From the NCBI GenBank assembly GCA_037142615.1, contig JBAXAI010000013.1, positions 32,758-96,757 on the forward strand: 64,000 nucleotides of DNA, in the 5' to 3' direction. This stretch comes from Spirochaetales bacterium (lineage in GTDB: Bacteria > Spirochaetota > Spirochaetia > JABEVK01). Positions 27,397 to 38,029 of this stretch are shown here, one piece after another. The position numbers and the translations under genes were made by a program. The number at the start of each line of letters is the position of its first letter. Within the stretch, counting starts at the first letter, position 1. The notes below the pieces were generated by a model that made no database searches, was not told the DNA's origin, and saw only the letters and a program-made list of their open reading frames with translations.

Positions 27397-28598
27397 AGTT
27401 CCGCCTTGCCGGTACCGGCTGTTGCCTGCTCGACATCATTCACAACCGGATGGACTTTGGCTCGCCGCAAATGGCCCGCTACCGGTCCCGTTCACCGGGG
27501 GATGGGGGGCTGGAGCCGGGAAAACTTGTCTTCAATGAAGATTTTGAGCGCTTCGCCGGTCAGGAATGCCTGCCTGCCCTCGTCGAACTGACGGGCGGAC
27601 GCGAGCCCGACGCGCGCAACATCGGCGGCCCCGGCGTGGTGGCCCTCATCCATGCCGCGCAATTGCTCGATCCCGAGCTGTTCGACGTGCAGTTCACCGG
27701 AACTCTGGGTCACGACGCCGTGGCGGGTGAAATGGAGCGCCTGCTGGGCCGCACTCCGCTCTCGACCTGGGACTTTCTGAGTCTGCCGGGGGTCACGCCG
27801 TTCACCTACGTGCTGTCTGACCCTTCGTTCGATGGGGGGCGGGGCGAGCGAAGCTTTTTGAACAACATCGGCACGGCGGGCCAGTTGCGTCCCCAGCATC
27901 TGCCGGCCTCGTTGCTGACCGCCGATCTGGTGGTGTTTGGTGGCACGGGCCTGGTGCCGCAGATCCACGATGCGCTCGATGAGCTGCTGCCCCGCGCCCG
28001 CGCCAACGGGGCCTTCACCGTGGTCAACACTGTTTACGACTTTCGCCACCAGAGGCAGGACCCGACGGGGCGCTGGCCTTTGGGCAACAGTGACCGCTCG
28101 TACGCCGCCACCGATCTGCTGGTTTGTGACCACGAAGAAGCGCTGCGTCTGGCCGGGGCGTCGTCGATCCCCGAGGCGCTCGATTTTTTTATGGCCAAAG
28201 GAGTTGGCGCGGCCGTGGTGACCAACGGGGCCCGCGACATCGAGGTGGCCGTCGGTTCGCCGCGCTACGGCGGGCCAAAGCGCTGGCTCCAGCCGGCCTC
28301 GCGCGCCCTTGTCGACGAGCTGGCCCAGCACCCCGAGCGCAAGGGTGACACCACGGGAGCGGGCGACAACTTCGCTGGCGGGGTCATCGTGTCGGTGGCC
28401 GAGCAACTGCAGAAGGGCAGGGGCGGGGCCGACCCGGGCACCATCGACCTGGACGAGGCGGTGGCCTGGGGCGCCGTCAGTGGCGGTTGCGCGTGCTTCC
28501 ACCTCGGCGGGGTGGACTACGAAAGCCACCGGGGCGAAAAGCGGGCCCGGCTGGAACCGTATTTGCAGGCCTACCGGCAAGACCGGAAGAGAGGGTAA
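27393..28598 (+). CDS. PfkB-family carbohydrate kinase
   Basis: N-terminal IGGP, GERSF and the C-terminal signature DTTGAGDNFAGG. GTGA overlap with the upstream gene. Confidence 0.88.
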   Translation: MKFRLAGTGCCLLDIIHNRMDFGSPQMARYRSRSPGDGGLEPGKLVFNEDFERFAGQECLPALVELTGGREPDARNIGGPGVVALIHAAQLLDPELFDVQFTGTLGHDAVAGEMERLLGRTPLSTWDFLSLPGVTPFTYVLSDPSFDGGRGERSFLNNIGTAGQLRPQHLPASLLTADLVVFGGTGLVPQIHDALDELLPRARANGAFTVVNTVYDFRHQRQDPTGRWPLGNSDRSYAATDLLVCDHEEALRLAGASSIPEALDFFMAKGVGAAVVTNGARDIEVAVGSPRYGGPKRWLQPASRALVDELAQHPERKGDTTGAGDNFAGGVIVSVAEQLQKGRGGADPGTIDLDEAVAWGAVSGGCACFHLGGVDYESHRGEKRARLEPYLQAYRQDRKRG

Positions 28599-28599
28599 G

Positions 28600-29787
28600 A
28601 TGCCGCGTTTTGTGCAGTTCGGCGCCGGAAACATCGGGCGCTCGTTCATCGGCCGCCTGTTTGCCGAAGCTGGCTACGAGACGGTGTTCGTCGATGTCGA
28701 TGTGACGCTGGTGGGCCTCCTCAATGCGCGGGGTTCCTACCCGGTGGTGGTCAAGCAGACTGGCCTGGCCGACGAAGTCCGCACGGTGACCGGGGTGCGG
28801 GCCGTGAATGGCCGCGACCTTCCTGCGGTGATTGCCGAAGTTTTTGCCGCCGATTACGCTGCGACCTCGGTGGGGCAGCGGGCGCTGGAGTCGGTGCTGC
28901 CCGTGCTCGCCCAAGGCTTGGTGGCGCGCCAGCAGGCCGGCCGACCCGCCCTGACTCTCATCATCGCCGAAAACCTCCGAGGGGGAGCCGAGTTCTTCCG
29001 CCAGACGCTGAAAAAGGCGCTCCCGGCCGACTTCCCACTCGAGAGGGCCGTGGGACTGGTCGAAACCAGCATCGGCAAAATGGTGCCGCTCATGCCCCGC
29101 GAGGCCCTCGAAGACGACCCGTTGCAGCTGTTCGCTGAGCCCTACGACACGCTCATTGTGGATCGCAAGGGGTTCGCGGGACCTCTGCCCAAGTTAGCCG
29201 GACTCAAACCTGTCGACAACGTGCCGGCCTACGTGGACCGCAAACTGTTCATGCACAACATGAGCCACGCCGCCACGGCCTACCTCGGTTACGAGGCCGA
29301 CCCCTCGTTGGTTTGGGTTTGGCAGGCCCTGGAGCTTCCGCGCGTCGTCGCCGGTGTCGCTCGGGCCCTCGACCAGAGCGCTTCGGCCTTGCTGGCAGCC
29401 TACCCCGGGGAGTTCTCTTCGGCGGACTTGAGCGAGCACGCGCGGGATCTGCTGACGCGTTACCGCAACCGGGCCTTGGGTGACACCCTGCACCGCGTGG
29501 GCCGCGACCTTGCGCGCAAACTGTCGCGCGACGATCGCCTGATCGGGGCCTGCCTGCTGGCCGACCGGCACGGTTTGCCCTACGACGCCATCGCCCGCGC
29601 GGCCGGGGCGGCCCTGAGCTTCGCGGCGCCCGACGAAAACGGCCGGCACCTGCCCGGCGACGAAGCGCTGCGAAGTGCCCTCCTGGCCAGCGGGGCCAAG
29701 TCGGTGCTGGCCGGTGCCAGCGGCTTGGATCCCGGGCGACTCCGTGAGGCTGCAGTGCTCGCCGCTTGCCTGAAGGCGCAGGCCTAG
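28600..29787 (+). CDS. mtlD: Mannitol-1-phosphate 5-dehydrogenase-like polyol-phosphate dehydrogenase
   Basis: Motifs FGAGNIGR, AEN, RKLFMHNMSHA and RVGRDLARKLSRDDRL. The substrate is not certain. Confidence 0.8.
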   Translation: MPRFVQFGAGNIGRSFIGRLFAEAGYETVFVDVDVTLVGLLNARGSYPVVVKQTGLADEVRTVTGVRAVNGRDLPAVIAEVFAADYAATSVGQRALESVLPVLAQGLVARQQAGRPALTLIIAENLRGGAEFFRQTLKKALPADFPLERAVGLVETSIGKMVPLMPREALEDDPLQLFAEPYDTLIVDRKGFAGPLPKLAGLKPVDNVPAYVDRKLFMHNMSHAATAYLGYEADPSLVWVWQALELPRVVAGVARALDQSASALLAAYPGEFSSADLSEHARDLLTRYRNRALGDTLHRVGRDLARKLSRDDRLIGACLLADRHGLPYDAIARAAGAALSFAAPDENGRHLPGDEALRSALLASGAKSVLAGASGLDPGRLREAAVLAACLKAQA

Positions 29788-29788
29788 C

Positions 29789-30901
29789 GTGGCCCGCCTC
29801 GGTGGACGGGAATGGACGCGTCGTGAGTTGGTGGCGCGGTTTGGCGACCCGGCGCAGGTCGCTGGAATGCGGCCCAGCGTGTTGCGCGGGGGCAACGCTG
29901 AGGGCGTCGAAGCGCTCGAGGTTTGGACCGGCAGCGGACTGGCCTTCACCGTGCTCCCGGGGCGGGGCCTGGACGTGGCGAACGCCACGTGGAAGGGCCA
30001 GTCGCTGTGTTGGCTCTCACCGACGGGCATTGTGTCGCCCGCCCACGCCGAGGAACCCGACGCCGGCTGGCTGCGCAGCTTTGGCGGGGGCCTGTTGGCC
30101 ACCTGCGGTTTGAGCAACGTGGGGCCCCCCGTGGCCGAGCGGGGAAAAGCTTACGGGCTGCACGGCCGCATCGGCACGCAGGGGGCCGAAAACCTCGCCG
30201 TGACACAGGAGTGGGCCGGCGACGAGTTTTTGCTGTCCGTTCGGGGCACCCTGCGCGAGGCGGCCGTCTTTGGCGAAAACCTACGTTTGACGCGCACGCT
30301 TTCGACCCGGCTCGGCGCCACTGGTTTCTCCCTTGACGACCGCGTGGAGAATCTGGGTTTTGAAGCCCAACCCTTGGCCCTGCTCTACCACTTTAACTTC
30401 GGATCGCCGCTGTTGGGCCCAGGAGCCCGCGTCGTGGCGCCCATCGTGGCCACCGAAGCGCGCGACGAGGTGGCGAGGGCCGACCGTGGCGTCGAAACCT
30501 GCCGAGTCTTCCCACCGCCCACGCACGGCTTTCGCGAAAAAGTGTACTTCCACACCCTGGCGCCCGGCGCTGACGGGCGCACGTTTGTCGCTCTCGTCAA
30601 CGACACCGGCGCTTCCCCCTGGGGGGTCGTCCTGCGCTGGAGCCAAGAACAGCTGCCCTGTTTCACCCAGTGGACCATGGCCGGCGAGGGAACCTACGTG
30701 TTGGGCCTGGAGCCCGGCACCGTGGTGCCTTTGGGCCGCAGTGCCCTTCGGGAGGTGGGCCGCCTCCCGCTCCTGGAGCCCCACAGCACGCGCGACTTTC
30801 ACCTCGAGGTCGAGGTGCTCGACACTCCGCAGGCCCTGACGCGCCTGGAGGATGAAGCGCGCGCTCGAGGGACGCCCGGCCCATCGCTCAAACCAGCCTG
30901 A
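29789..30901 (+). CDS. Aldose 1-epimerase-like protein (DUF4432)
   Basis: Motifs RGLDV, WLRSFGGGLLATCGL, LHGRI, LYHFNFG and LGLEP. Confidence 0.85.
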   Translation: MARLGGREWTRRELVARFGDPAQVAGMRPSVLRGGNAEGVEALEVWTGSGLAFTVLPGRGLDVANATWKGQSLCWLSPTGIVSPAHAEEPDAGWLRSFGGGLLATCGLSNVGPPVAERGKAYGLHGRIGTQGAENLAVTQEWAGDEFLLSVRGTLREAAVFGENLRLTRTLSTRLGATGFSLDDRVENLGFEAQPLALLYHFNFGSPLLGPGARVVAPIVATEARDEVARADRGVETCRVFPPPTHGFREKVYFHTLAPGADGRTFVALVNDTGASPWGVVLRWSQEQLPCFTQWTMAGEGTYVLGLEPGTVVPLGRSALREVGRLPLLEPHSTRDFHLEVEVLDTPQALTRLEDEARARGTPGPSLKPA

Positions 30902-30914
30902 GGAGGCCCAGATC

Positions 30915-31987
<1,073 letters not shown>

Positions 31988-31991
<4 letters not shown>

Positions 31992-33853
31992 TGATAACCC
32001 GCCTGCTGCTGACCACGTTGGCCCTGTTGAGCCTGCTCGCGGGCGTCGCTGCAGCCCAGCCGCTCGACCTGTCTACGGCGCCTGTTTTGTATCAGGGGGT
32101 GAGGACCTACCAGTTGTCGTCGTTCGACCGCAGCGGCGCCAACGCCGACGGCGACAGTCGCTGGGGGTTTACCCGCTACGACAAGGCCACCAAGCTGATG
32201 ACCTTGTTTGAGGCTCAAGGACCGGGCCGCATCGTTCGCCTCTGGCTCACTGGCTGGAAGGACCCCACCGACCTGGTGCTTACGCGTGGTAGCGACGCAG
32301 CCTACAAGCAACCGGTGCTGGCGCTGTTCGACGCGACGAAAAACAGCGCCAACGCCGCGCTCGTCGGCGACAAAACCACCAGTTCGGGCGGGTTCTTCAC
32401 CTACGTGCCGTGGGACTTCGACGCGGCCTTTTCGGTGCAGGCCCCGCGCATGGTACCGCCGTACTACTACCAGTTCACCTACCGGCAGTACACCGACGTG
32501 GCCGCCCGCGAACGCTCGCTCGTCGGTTTCGCCGCGCAAGGAAAGTCCCAAACTGCCAAGGGCAGCCCAGCCGAAGTGAAGGGGATGGGGCTCGTGCAGA
32601 AGGTGAAAGTCACGCTCCCGGCTGCCCTTGCAACCCACGCGGGCGTGTTGGACGGCGCGCCGCTGCAAACCTGGAAGCTGCAGGGCTGGTTCGACGGCGA
32701 GGCGACCCCCTCGATCGATGCCTCGTTGTCGGGTTTTTTTGGCGGCACGGCGCTGGGCGAACCGGTGGCCGCGGCACCAGTCAAGGTGGCCGTGGGGACG
32801 GGGGCCGCAGCTTCCGATCTCGTTCTGGAAAACAACTTCCCGATGCCGTTTGCCAAGGGCGCCCGGTTTGCCTTGGTCGGACCCGCTGGCGAAAAGCTGG
32901 CGGCGTCGCTCGAAGTGACTTGGGCCCCCGACGCCCGCGTGGCCGCTGGACTGGCATCTGGCGAGCTGGGCACGCTCAAGGTTCGCTCTACCGACAGTGG
33001 CCCGCTGGTGCTCGGCGCCGACGCCACACTGCTCGACGTGAAGGGCCGCTCGGGCAAACTCGTCGGCGTCGTCTTGGAGTCGGTGGGTACCCGCACCGAG
33101 CGGTTCATTCTCGAAGGCGACGACCGCGTGTTTGTCGACGGCGCGCGTTCGCCCCAATTGCACGGCACCGGCACCGAGGACTTTTTCAACGGAGGCTGGT
33201 ACTACGAAAAAGGCCCCTACACGCGGGAGTTGGCCGGCAACCCCGCGCACCTGGTCGATGCTCAGGGCGACCACACCTTCCAGTACCGGTTCCTTTTGCC
33301 CGACGCTATCCCGTTCGGCGATTCGCTGCGCTTTGCCATGGAGCACGGACGCACCAACGAAGAGGCCGGCACCTACCGCTCGACGCTGTTCTGGTACGAA
33401 AGCCCCAAACCGAATGCCGTCCTCACCGACGTTTTTGCCGCGGGCGATGCGGCCCAAGCCTCGGCCCACGGGTTCTCGGCCGAAAACTCCACACCACAGG
33501 ACCTCGAAGCCGTCTGGCTGGGCTCGGGCAGCAAAGCCACCAGCCACCTAGCCGGGGTCGTGTCGGGAAACTCCCGCTTTTTGGTAGCACTCGACCCAGC
33601 CAACCAAGGCGCTCTGCTGCGCCGCACCACCGATTATTCCCTGGCCAACCAGAGCGCCCGGGTGCTTGTCGATGGCGTGTTCGCGGGGGTGTGGTTGAGC
33701 GCCGGCCCGGGCACGAGTCCCGGCGCGATGTTCGCCGACACCGAGTTTCTGGTTCCAGCGGCCTTCACCAGGGGCAAGGCCCACGTCGAGGTGAGCCTGG
33801 AGCCCGTCGGGTCGTGGTCGGCTTTCGCGTACGAAGTTTTCAGCTTGCAATAG
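31988..33853 (+). CDS. Secreted GH172 (DUF2961) protein with extra domains
   Basis: Signal peptide, SSFDRSG, PMPF, LEGDD and HGTGTEDFFNGGW, plus a C-terminal beta-rich module. Confidence 0.85.
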
Positions 33854-33859
33854 TTCACG

Positions 33860-33900
33860 TTGACGGCATGTGCGATTAATGTATATAATTGTCTGGACAA
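33860..33900 (+). promoter_or_regulatory. sigma70 promoter with GntR-type operator
   Basis: TTGACG (33860-65), 18 nt spacer, TATAAT (33884-89). TTGTCTGGACAA spans 33889-33900. Confidence 0.75.
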
Positions 33901-33933
33901 ATACGCTTGCGGTCTTTTCCTGGAGGAAAGAAC

Positions 33934-34581
33934 ATGAAGATTGTCTGGATGATTCTGCTGGTCTTGGGTCTGGCGTCCACCAGCGCGGGCCAGGTGCTCC
34001 TCGAAGAGCCCTTTACCGACGTGCGCTCCAAGAACTACGAACTTTGGGGTGCCGCCGACTTCAACCGCGTTGAGCCTTTCAAGGGCAAACTCGAGTTGGA
34101 AGGCTCGACCGGGGGGGAGGGCTTCGGAGTTTACTTCCGGCCCGTTTTCGACTTGGCCAAGACTCCGCTTTCGATCACCCTGACGCTCGTCCGCAATGCG
34201 CAGAACCAAGGCTCCGAGATCTGCGTGTGGTTCGTCAATCAGTATCTGGTCAAAGGTTCCCCCTGGGACGAGGGCGACTTTGTGCGGGTCAAGATCGATT
34301 CCACCGACCTCGCCGTTGAGATTCAGGAAACCAGCCCCGAACAGCGTGGCATGGGCACGTCGCTCGGAAAGGTGACCGGCGCCTACAAAATGGGCAAGCC
34401 CTTTGATCTCGAGTTCCGGGTCACGGCCACAACGGCCACCGTCCTGGTCGACGGCAAAGAACTGGTCACGGCAAAGCACCACCTCACCAAGACCACCGGC
34501 TACCTTCACCTTCACGACTGGAACTCGCTGGAGGGCGACATCGATACGGTATCGAACTTCCGCGTCAACGTGTTGAAGTAG
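33934..34581 (+). CDS. Secreted hypothetical protein, possibly ConA/jelly-roll lectin-like
   Basis: GGAGG SD, signal peptide, beta-rich sequence with VLVDGKEL and a terminal SNFRV strand. Confidence 0.65.
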   Translation: MKIVWMILLVLGLASTSAGQVLLEEPFTDVRSKNYELWGAADFNRVEPFKGKLELEGSTGGEGFGVYFRPVFDLAKTPLSITLTLVRNAQNQGSEICVWFVNQYLVKGSPWDEGDFVRVKIDSTDLAVEIQETSPEQRGMGTSLGKVTGAYKMGKPFDLEFRVTATTATVLVDGKELVTAKHHLTKTTGYLHLHDWNSLEGDIDTVSNFRVNVLK

Positions 34582-34593
34582 CCGGAGCCAGCC

Positions 34594-35886
34594 ATGGGAC
34601 AAATCGACAACACGGCAGCCGGGACGGGCTCGTCGCACGGAACCCCCACCGACTACCGGATACCTCCCTCCGACCGGGTGATTCTGAGGGCTCTGGCAAC
34701 CCGGGTGGCCGAACTGGCCTCCCGTCCGGAAGAAGACCGCAAGCGCAAGCTTTGGACCGCGCACAACGACCTCAAGAGCACCGAGCCTGTGGTCTTCTGC
34801 GATCCCGAAAATGGCTGGGGCGAGATCCTGCCTTCCGAGGCCCTGATTTGCGAGAACGAACTCGCCCGTGTCTGGGAGCACGGCCTGCGCAAAGAGATCT
34901 TCTGGGCTCTCGAAATGAAGGACGACCGGGTGATCGAACCCTGGTTCACAGTGGGCTACCATTATGCTGACAGCGGTTGGGGCTACGACCTCAAAAAGAT
35001 CGGCGGCGAGCACGGCGGTTCGTACGTCTGGGAAATCCCCATCCAAGACTGGGAGACTGACTTTGAGCGGCTGAAGTTCCCCGAGATCACCATCGACGAA
35101 GTCAACACCCAGCGTACCTTGAACTTGGCCGAAGAGGTTTTCTCGGGGATTCTTCCCGTCCGCCTCAAGGGTCAGTGGTGGTGGACTCTGGGGCTCACCT
35201 GGGACTTCATCAACCTGCGCGGGCTCGAGAACTTCATGTTCGACCTGTACGACAACCCCGACTGGGTACACAAGACGCTTTCACTTTTGAGCCAAGGAAC
35301 CCTCCGCAAACTGGACTTTCTGGAGAGCCGTGGCCTGTTACCGCTCAATACCGAAGGCACCTACGTCGGTTCGGGTGGTTTCGGGTGGACCGAGCAGCTC
35401 CCAGCTCCCGGCTTCGATCCCCAGCAGGTGCGTACCCGCGACATGTGGGGCTTCTGCGAAAGCCAGGAAACCGTCGGCGTTTCGGCCGAGATGTTCGAGG
35501 AGTTTGTGCTCCCCTACCAACTGCCGATTCTCGAGCGCTTCGGACTCAACTGCTACGGGTGCTGCGAACCGCTCGATGTTCGCTGGGAGGCGGTAAAAAA
35601 GGTGCCCCGCTTGCGCCGGGTTTCCACCTCGCCCTGGGCTGATCGGCCGCGCATGGCCGGGCTACTGGGAAAAGACTACATCCTGTCGCTCAAGCCGAGC
35701 CCAGCTCCCCTGGCCGTGCCGCACCTGGACGAAGCCTTGGTTCGCCAGACTATCCGTGACGACCTCGTAGCCACGCGCGGCTGCGTGGTCGAGTACATCA
35801 TGAAAGACAACAACACCCTCGGCGGCAACCCGCGCAACGCCACCCGCTGGGTCGAACTGGTGCGGGAAGAAATGGCCCGCCTGTGA
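34594..35886 (+). CDS. Uncharacterised UroD/MtaA-fold TIM-barrel protein
   Basis: Motifs LRGLENFMFDLYDNP, QETVGVSAEMFEEFVLPYQ, YGCCEPL and SPW. Confidence 0.7.
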   Translation: MGQIDNTAAGTGSSHGTPTDYRIPPSDRVILRALATRVAELASRPEEDRKRKLWTAHNDLKSTEPVVFCDPENGWGEILPSEALICENELARVWEHGLRKEIFWALEMKDDRVIEPWFTVGYHYADSGWGYDLKKIGGEHGGSYVWEIPIQDWETDFERLKFPEITIDEVNTQRTLNLAEEVFSGILPVRLKGQWWWTLGLTWDFINLRGLENFMFDLYDNPDWVHKTLSLLSQGTLRKLDFLESRGLLPLNTEGTYVGSGGFGWTEQLPAPGFDPQQVRTRDMWGFCESQETVGVSAEMFEEFVLPYQLPILERFGLNCYGCCEPLDVRWEAVKKVPRLRRVSTSPWADRPRMAGLLGKDYILSLKPSPAPLAVPHLDEALVRQTIRDDLVATRGCVVEYIMKDNNTLGGNPRNATRWVELVREEMARL

Positions 35887-35915
35887 AGAAGCTGCTTGCA
35901 AAAAAGGAGTCCCCC

Positions 35916-36788
35916 ATGAATCTGCGACTTGCGTCTGTTTTGCTCGTGTTGTTTGGCACTGTGCTGACCGGTTGCGCCACGATGGCGCCCGCCGCACCGG
36001 CGGCCAAGCCTGTGATTCTGCTCGATTTTGAGAGCGCTCCCTTGGGGGTCATCACGGGTGAGTATGCGCTTTCCGGGAACGAAGTTGCGCCCGAAGGCAC
36101 CAAGGTTCTGCCCAAAAAGTTTGGACGCGACGCCGCCGGCAAGCCGACCGACGGACCCGAGGTCGTGGCCGGCGGCCGATCCGGTAAACAGTCGCTGTCG
36201 GTGCAGTCTGGGCGCCGCAGCGAGGGTCTTGTGGTCGACCTGCCAGAAGCCCTCGACGCCAGCCAGCCGTTTCCCCCGGGGAGCGTCACCATCGAGTTTG
36301 TGTTCCAGACCCGCGGCCTGAACCCCGCAGGCAACGCCTTTGGATTCCAGTACCTGGGCGGTAACGAGTGGCCCAACGGAGGGCGTTTCAGCTGGTCGTT
36401 CCGCACGGCCGTCGACCAGGTGCTGAACTTTGTCAGCTTCCATGGTGGGCGCGAAACCCGCTTGCCCGTCAAGGAGCAGATCGTAGCCGACAAATGGTAC
36501 CACGTTGCCGGAGTGCTGGACTACAACACGGCCAAGCCCGAAGAGAGCGTTCTTCGGTTCTACCTCGAGGGCAAACTTCTGGACGAAAAACCCTACGACG
36601 CCAGCAAGGATACCGGTGCCCTCATGGGCAGCAACACCACCTACGGCAACGGCTTCTCGGTGGGGTACTCGTACGGACAAGACGCCAACGGGGGCGACAA
36701 CCGCGGGCTCGATGGCTTGATCGACGCCGTGGCAGTCACGCTGCAGGCGCTGGGGCCGGGCCAGTTTGTGCTGGCCAAAAAGCCCTGA
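35916..36788 (+). CDS. LamG-like jelly-roll lipoprotein
   Basis: Lipobox LTGC, plus VTIEF, KWYHVAGV, RFYLEG and GLIDAV. Confidence 0.8.
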   Translation: MNLRLASVLLVLFGTVLTGCATMAPAAPAAKPVILLDFESAPLGVITGEYALSGNEVAPEGTKVLPKKFGRDAAGKPTDGPEVVAGGRSGKQSLSVQSGRRSEGLVVDLPEALDASQPFPPGSVTIEFVFQTRGLNPAGNAFGFQYLGGNEWPNGGRFSWSFRTAVDQVLNFVSFHGGRETRLPVKEQIVADKWYHVAGVLDYNTAKPEESVLRFYLEGKLLDEKPYDASKDTGALMGSNTTYGNGFSVGYSYGQDANGGDNRGLDGLIDAVAVTLQALGPGQFVLAKKP

Positions 36789-36798
36789 AAGATTTGTG

Positions 36799-36871
36799 TT
36801 GACAACCATGAACTTCGGTGGCCATAATGTCTATACAATACTTTCATCGTATAGACCTGTTGTTTATACGA
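36799..36871 (+). promoter_or_regulatory. sigma70 promoter with three GntR-type operator-like sites
   Basis: TTGACA (36799-804), 18 nt spacer, CATAAT (36823-28). Sites: ATGTCTATACAA 36827-38, CGTATAGACC 36848-57, TTGTTTATACGA 36860-71. Confidence 0.75.
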
Positions 36872-36893
36872 ACATCCTGAGGAGGATACGGAC

Positions 36894-37964
36894 ATGAGAA
36901 AACTTTTGGGAATCCTGGTTGCCGCAGCGCTCGCTTTTGCGCTGGTCTCCTGCGCTTCCACCCCGGCCCCGGCCGCCAAGCCTGTCGCGGCGAAAGCCAA
37001 GACTGTTGAGTTCATTCCGGGCGCCGCTCCTGCGGTGACCGTGCCTGCGGGAGTGGGTGCCCTGGTTGATGACCTCAAGGCACGGGCCGAGCTCTCGGCC
37101 GCGTTTGTCGAAGCCTACAAGACTGGCATCCTCTCGGAGGTCGAGTTCAAGGCCGGGCCTGTCGGTGACAAGATTCACCACTGGGGTGGCTTGGAAGGCG
37201 ATAAGGGCATGTACGCCCAAAACTATGAAGGCAACGTGGCCAACGCCAACACCTGGGGGATTCCCGGCTTCATCATGATCGCCATGCCTGTTGATGGCCC
37301 CCGTGCGTTCATCGTGAAAGAAAAGTTCATCGAGAAGTACTCGTTTGGCGAGGGCTTCGAGAAGAACAACGGCCCCGCCGGCTATGGCGCTCCTCTCACC
37401 GATTCCTACTTGCAGGATGGCCTGGAATATCAGCTGTTTGAAAAGGGGCTGATGGTTCTCGACAAGGGCAAAGTTGACTTCATCCTCGGCGCCGCTCCCA
37501 AAGCAATCGTGCCCGATTCGATCGGCGTGATCACCGACGACGTCAAGAACCCGGCGAACACCCTGTCGGCCAGCCGTTTGGCTGCCACCAGCGCCGCGTT
37601 CAAGGTGGCTTACGCTCAGGGCCTGCTCAGCGACGCGACCTTCAAGGGCGGCTCGGGCGACAAGGTGCACCACTGGGGTGGCCTCGAGGGTGACAAGGGA
37701 ATCTTGGCCCAAAACTGCGAAGGAACCCGTGCCAACGCCAACACTTGGGGTATTCCCGGCTTCATCATGATTTCGCAGGCCTTCGACGGTGGCCGCGCCT
37801 TCCTGGTGAAAGACAAGTTCATCGAGAAGTACTCGATGGGTGAAGGCTTCGAGAAGAACAACGCTCCGGCCGGCTACGGCGCCGCGCTCACCGACCAGTA
37901 CGTCAAGGACGGAAGTCTCCGTCAGCTGTTCGAAAAGGGCCTGATGATGTTCCCACTGAAGTAA
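36894..37964 (+). CDS. Lipoprotein made of two tandem ~160-aa repeats with LGFP-like ends
   Basis: GAGGAGG SD and lipobox LVSC. The block HHWGGLEGDKG...ANANTWGIPGFIMI...YGA(P/A)LTD...QLFEKGLM occurs twice. Confidence 0.85.
   Translation: MRKLLGILVAAALAFALVSCASTPAPAAKPVAAKAKTVEFIPGAAPAVTVPAGVGALVDDLKARAELSAAFVEAYKTGILSEVEFKAGPVGDKIHHWGGLEGDKGMYAQNYEGNVANANTWGIPGFIMIAMPVDGPRAFIVKEKFIEKYSFGEGFEKNNGPAGYGAPLTDSYLQDGLEYQLFEKGLMVLDKGKVDFILGAAPKAIVPDSIGVITDDVKNPANTLSASRLAATSAAFKVAYAQGLLSDATFKGGSGDKVHHWGGLEGDKGILAQNCEGTRANANTWGIPGFIMISQAFDGGRAFLVKDKFIEKYSMGEGFEKNNAPAGYGAALTDQYVKDGSLRQLFEKGLMMFPLK
37011..37961 (+). repeat. Intragenic tandem duplication (~37011-37478 and ~37479-37961)
   Basis: CACTGGGGTGGC occurs at 37179 and 37671 (offset 492). 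AAGTTCATCGAGAAGTACTCG is identical in both copies. Confidence 0.9.
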
Positions 37965-37982
37965 GGTTCAGCTCGGCAATAC

Positions 37983-38018
37983 AAAGGCCAACCCGGTGAA
38001 GGGTTGGCCCTTTTTTTT
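37983..38018 (+). terminator. Intrinsic terminator
   Basis: GGCCAACCC-GGTGAA-GGGTTGGCC followed by a T8 tract, between convergent genes. Confidence 0.88.
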
Positions 38019-38029
38019 GGCGTGAGAAG

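Noticed and set aside
37011-37961. Direct repeat as a DGR template/variable pair or a CRISPR array
   Set aside because: Both copies are in-frame parts of one protein, the differences are not adenine-specific, and there are no spacers.
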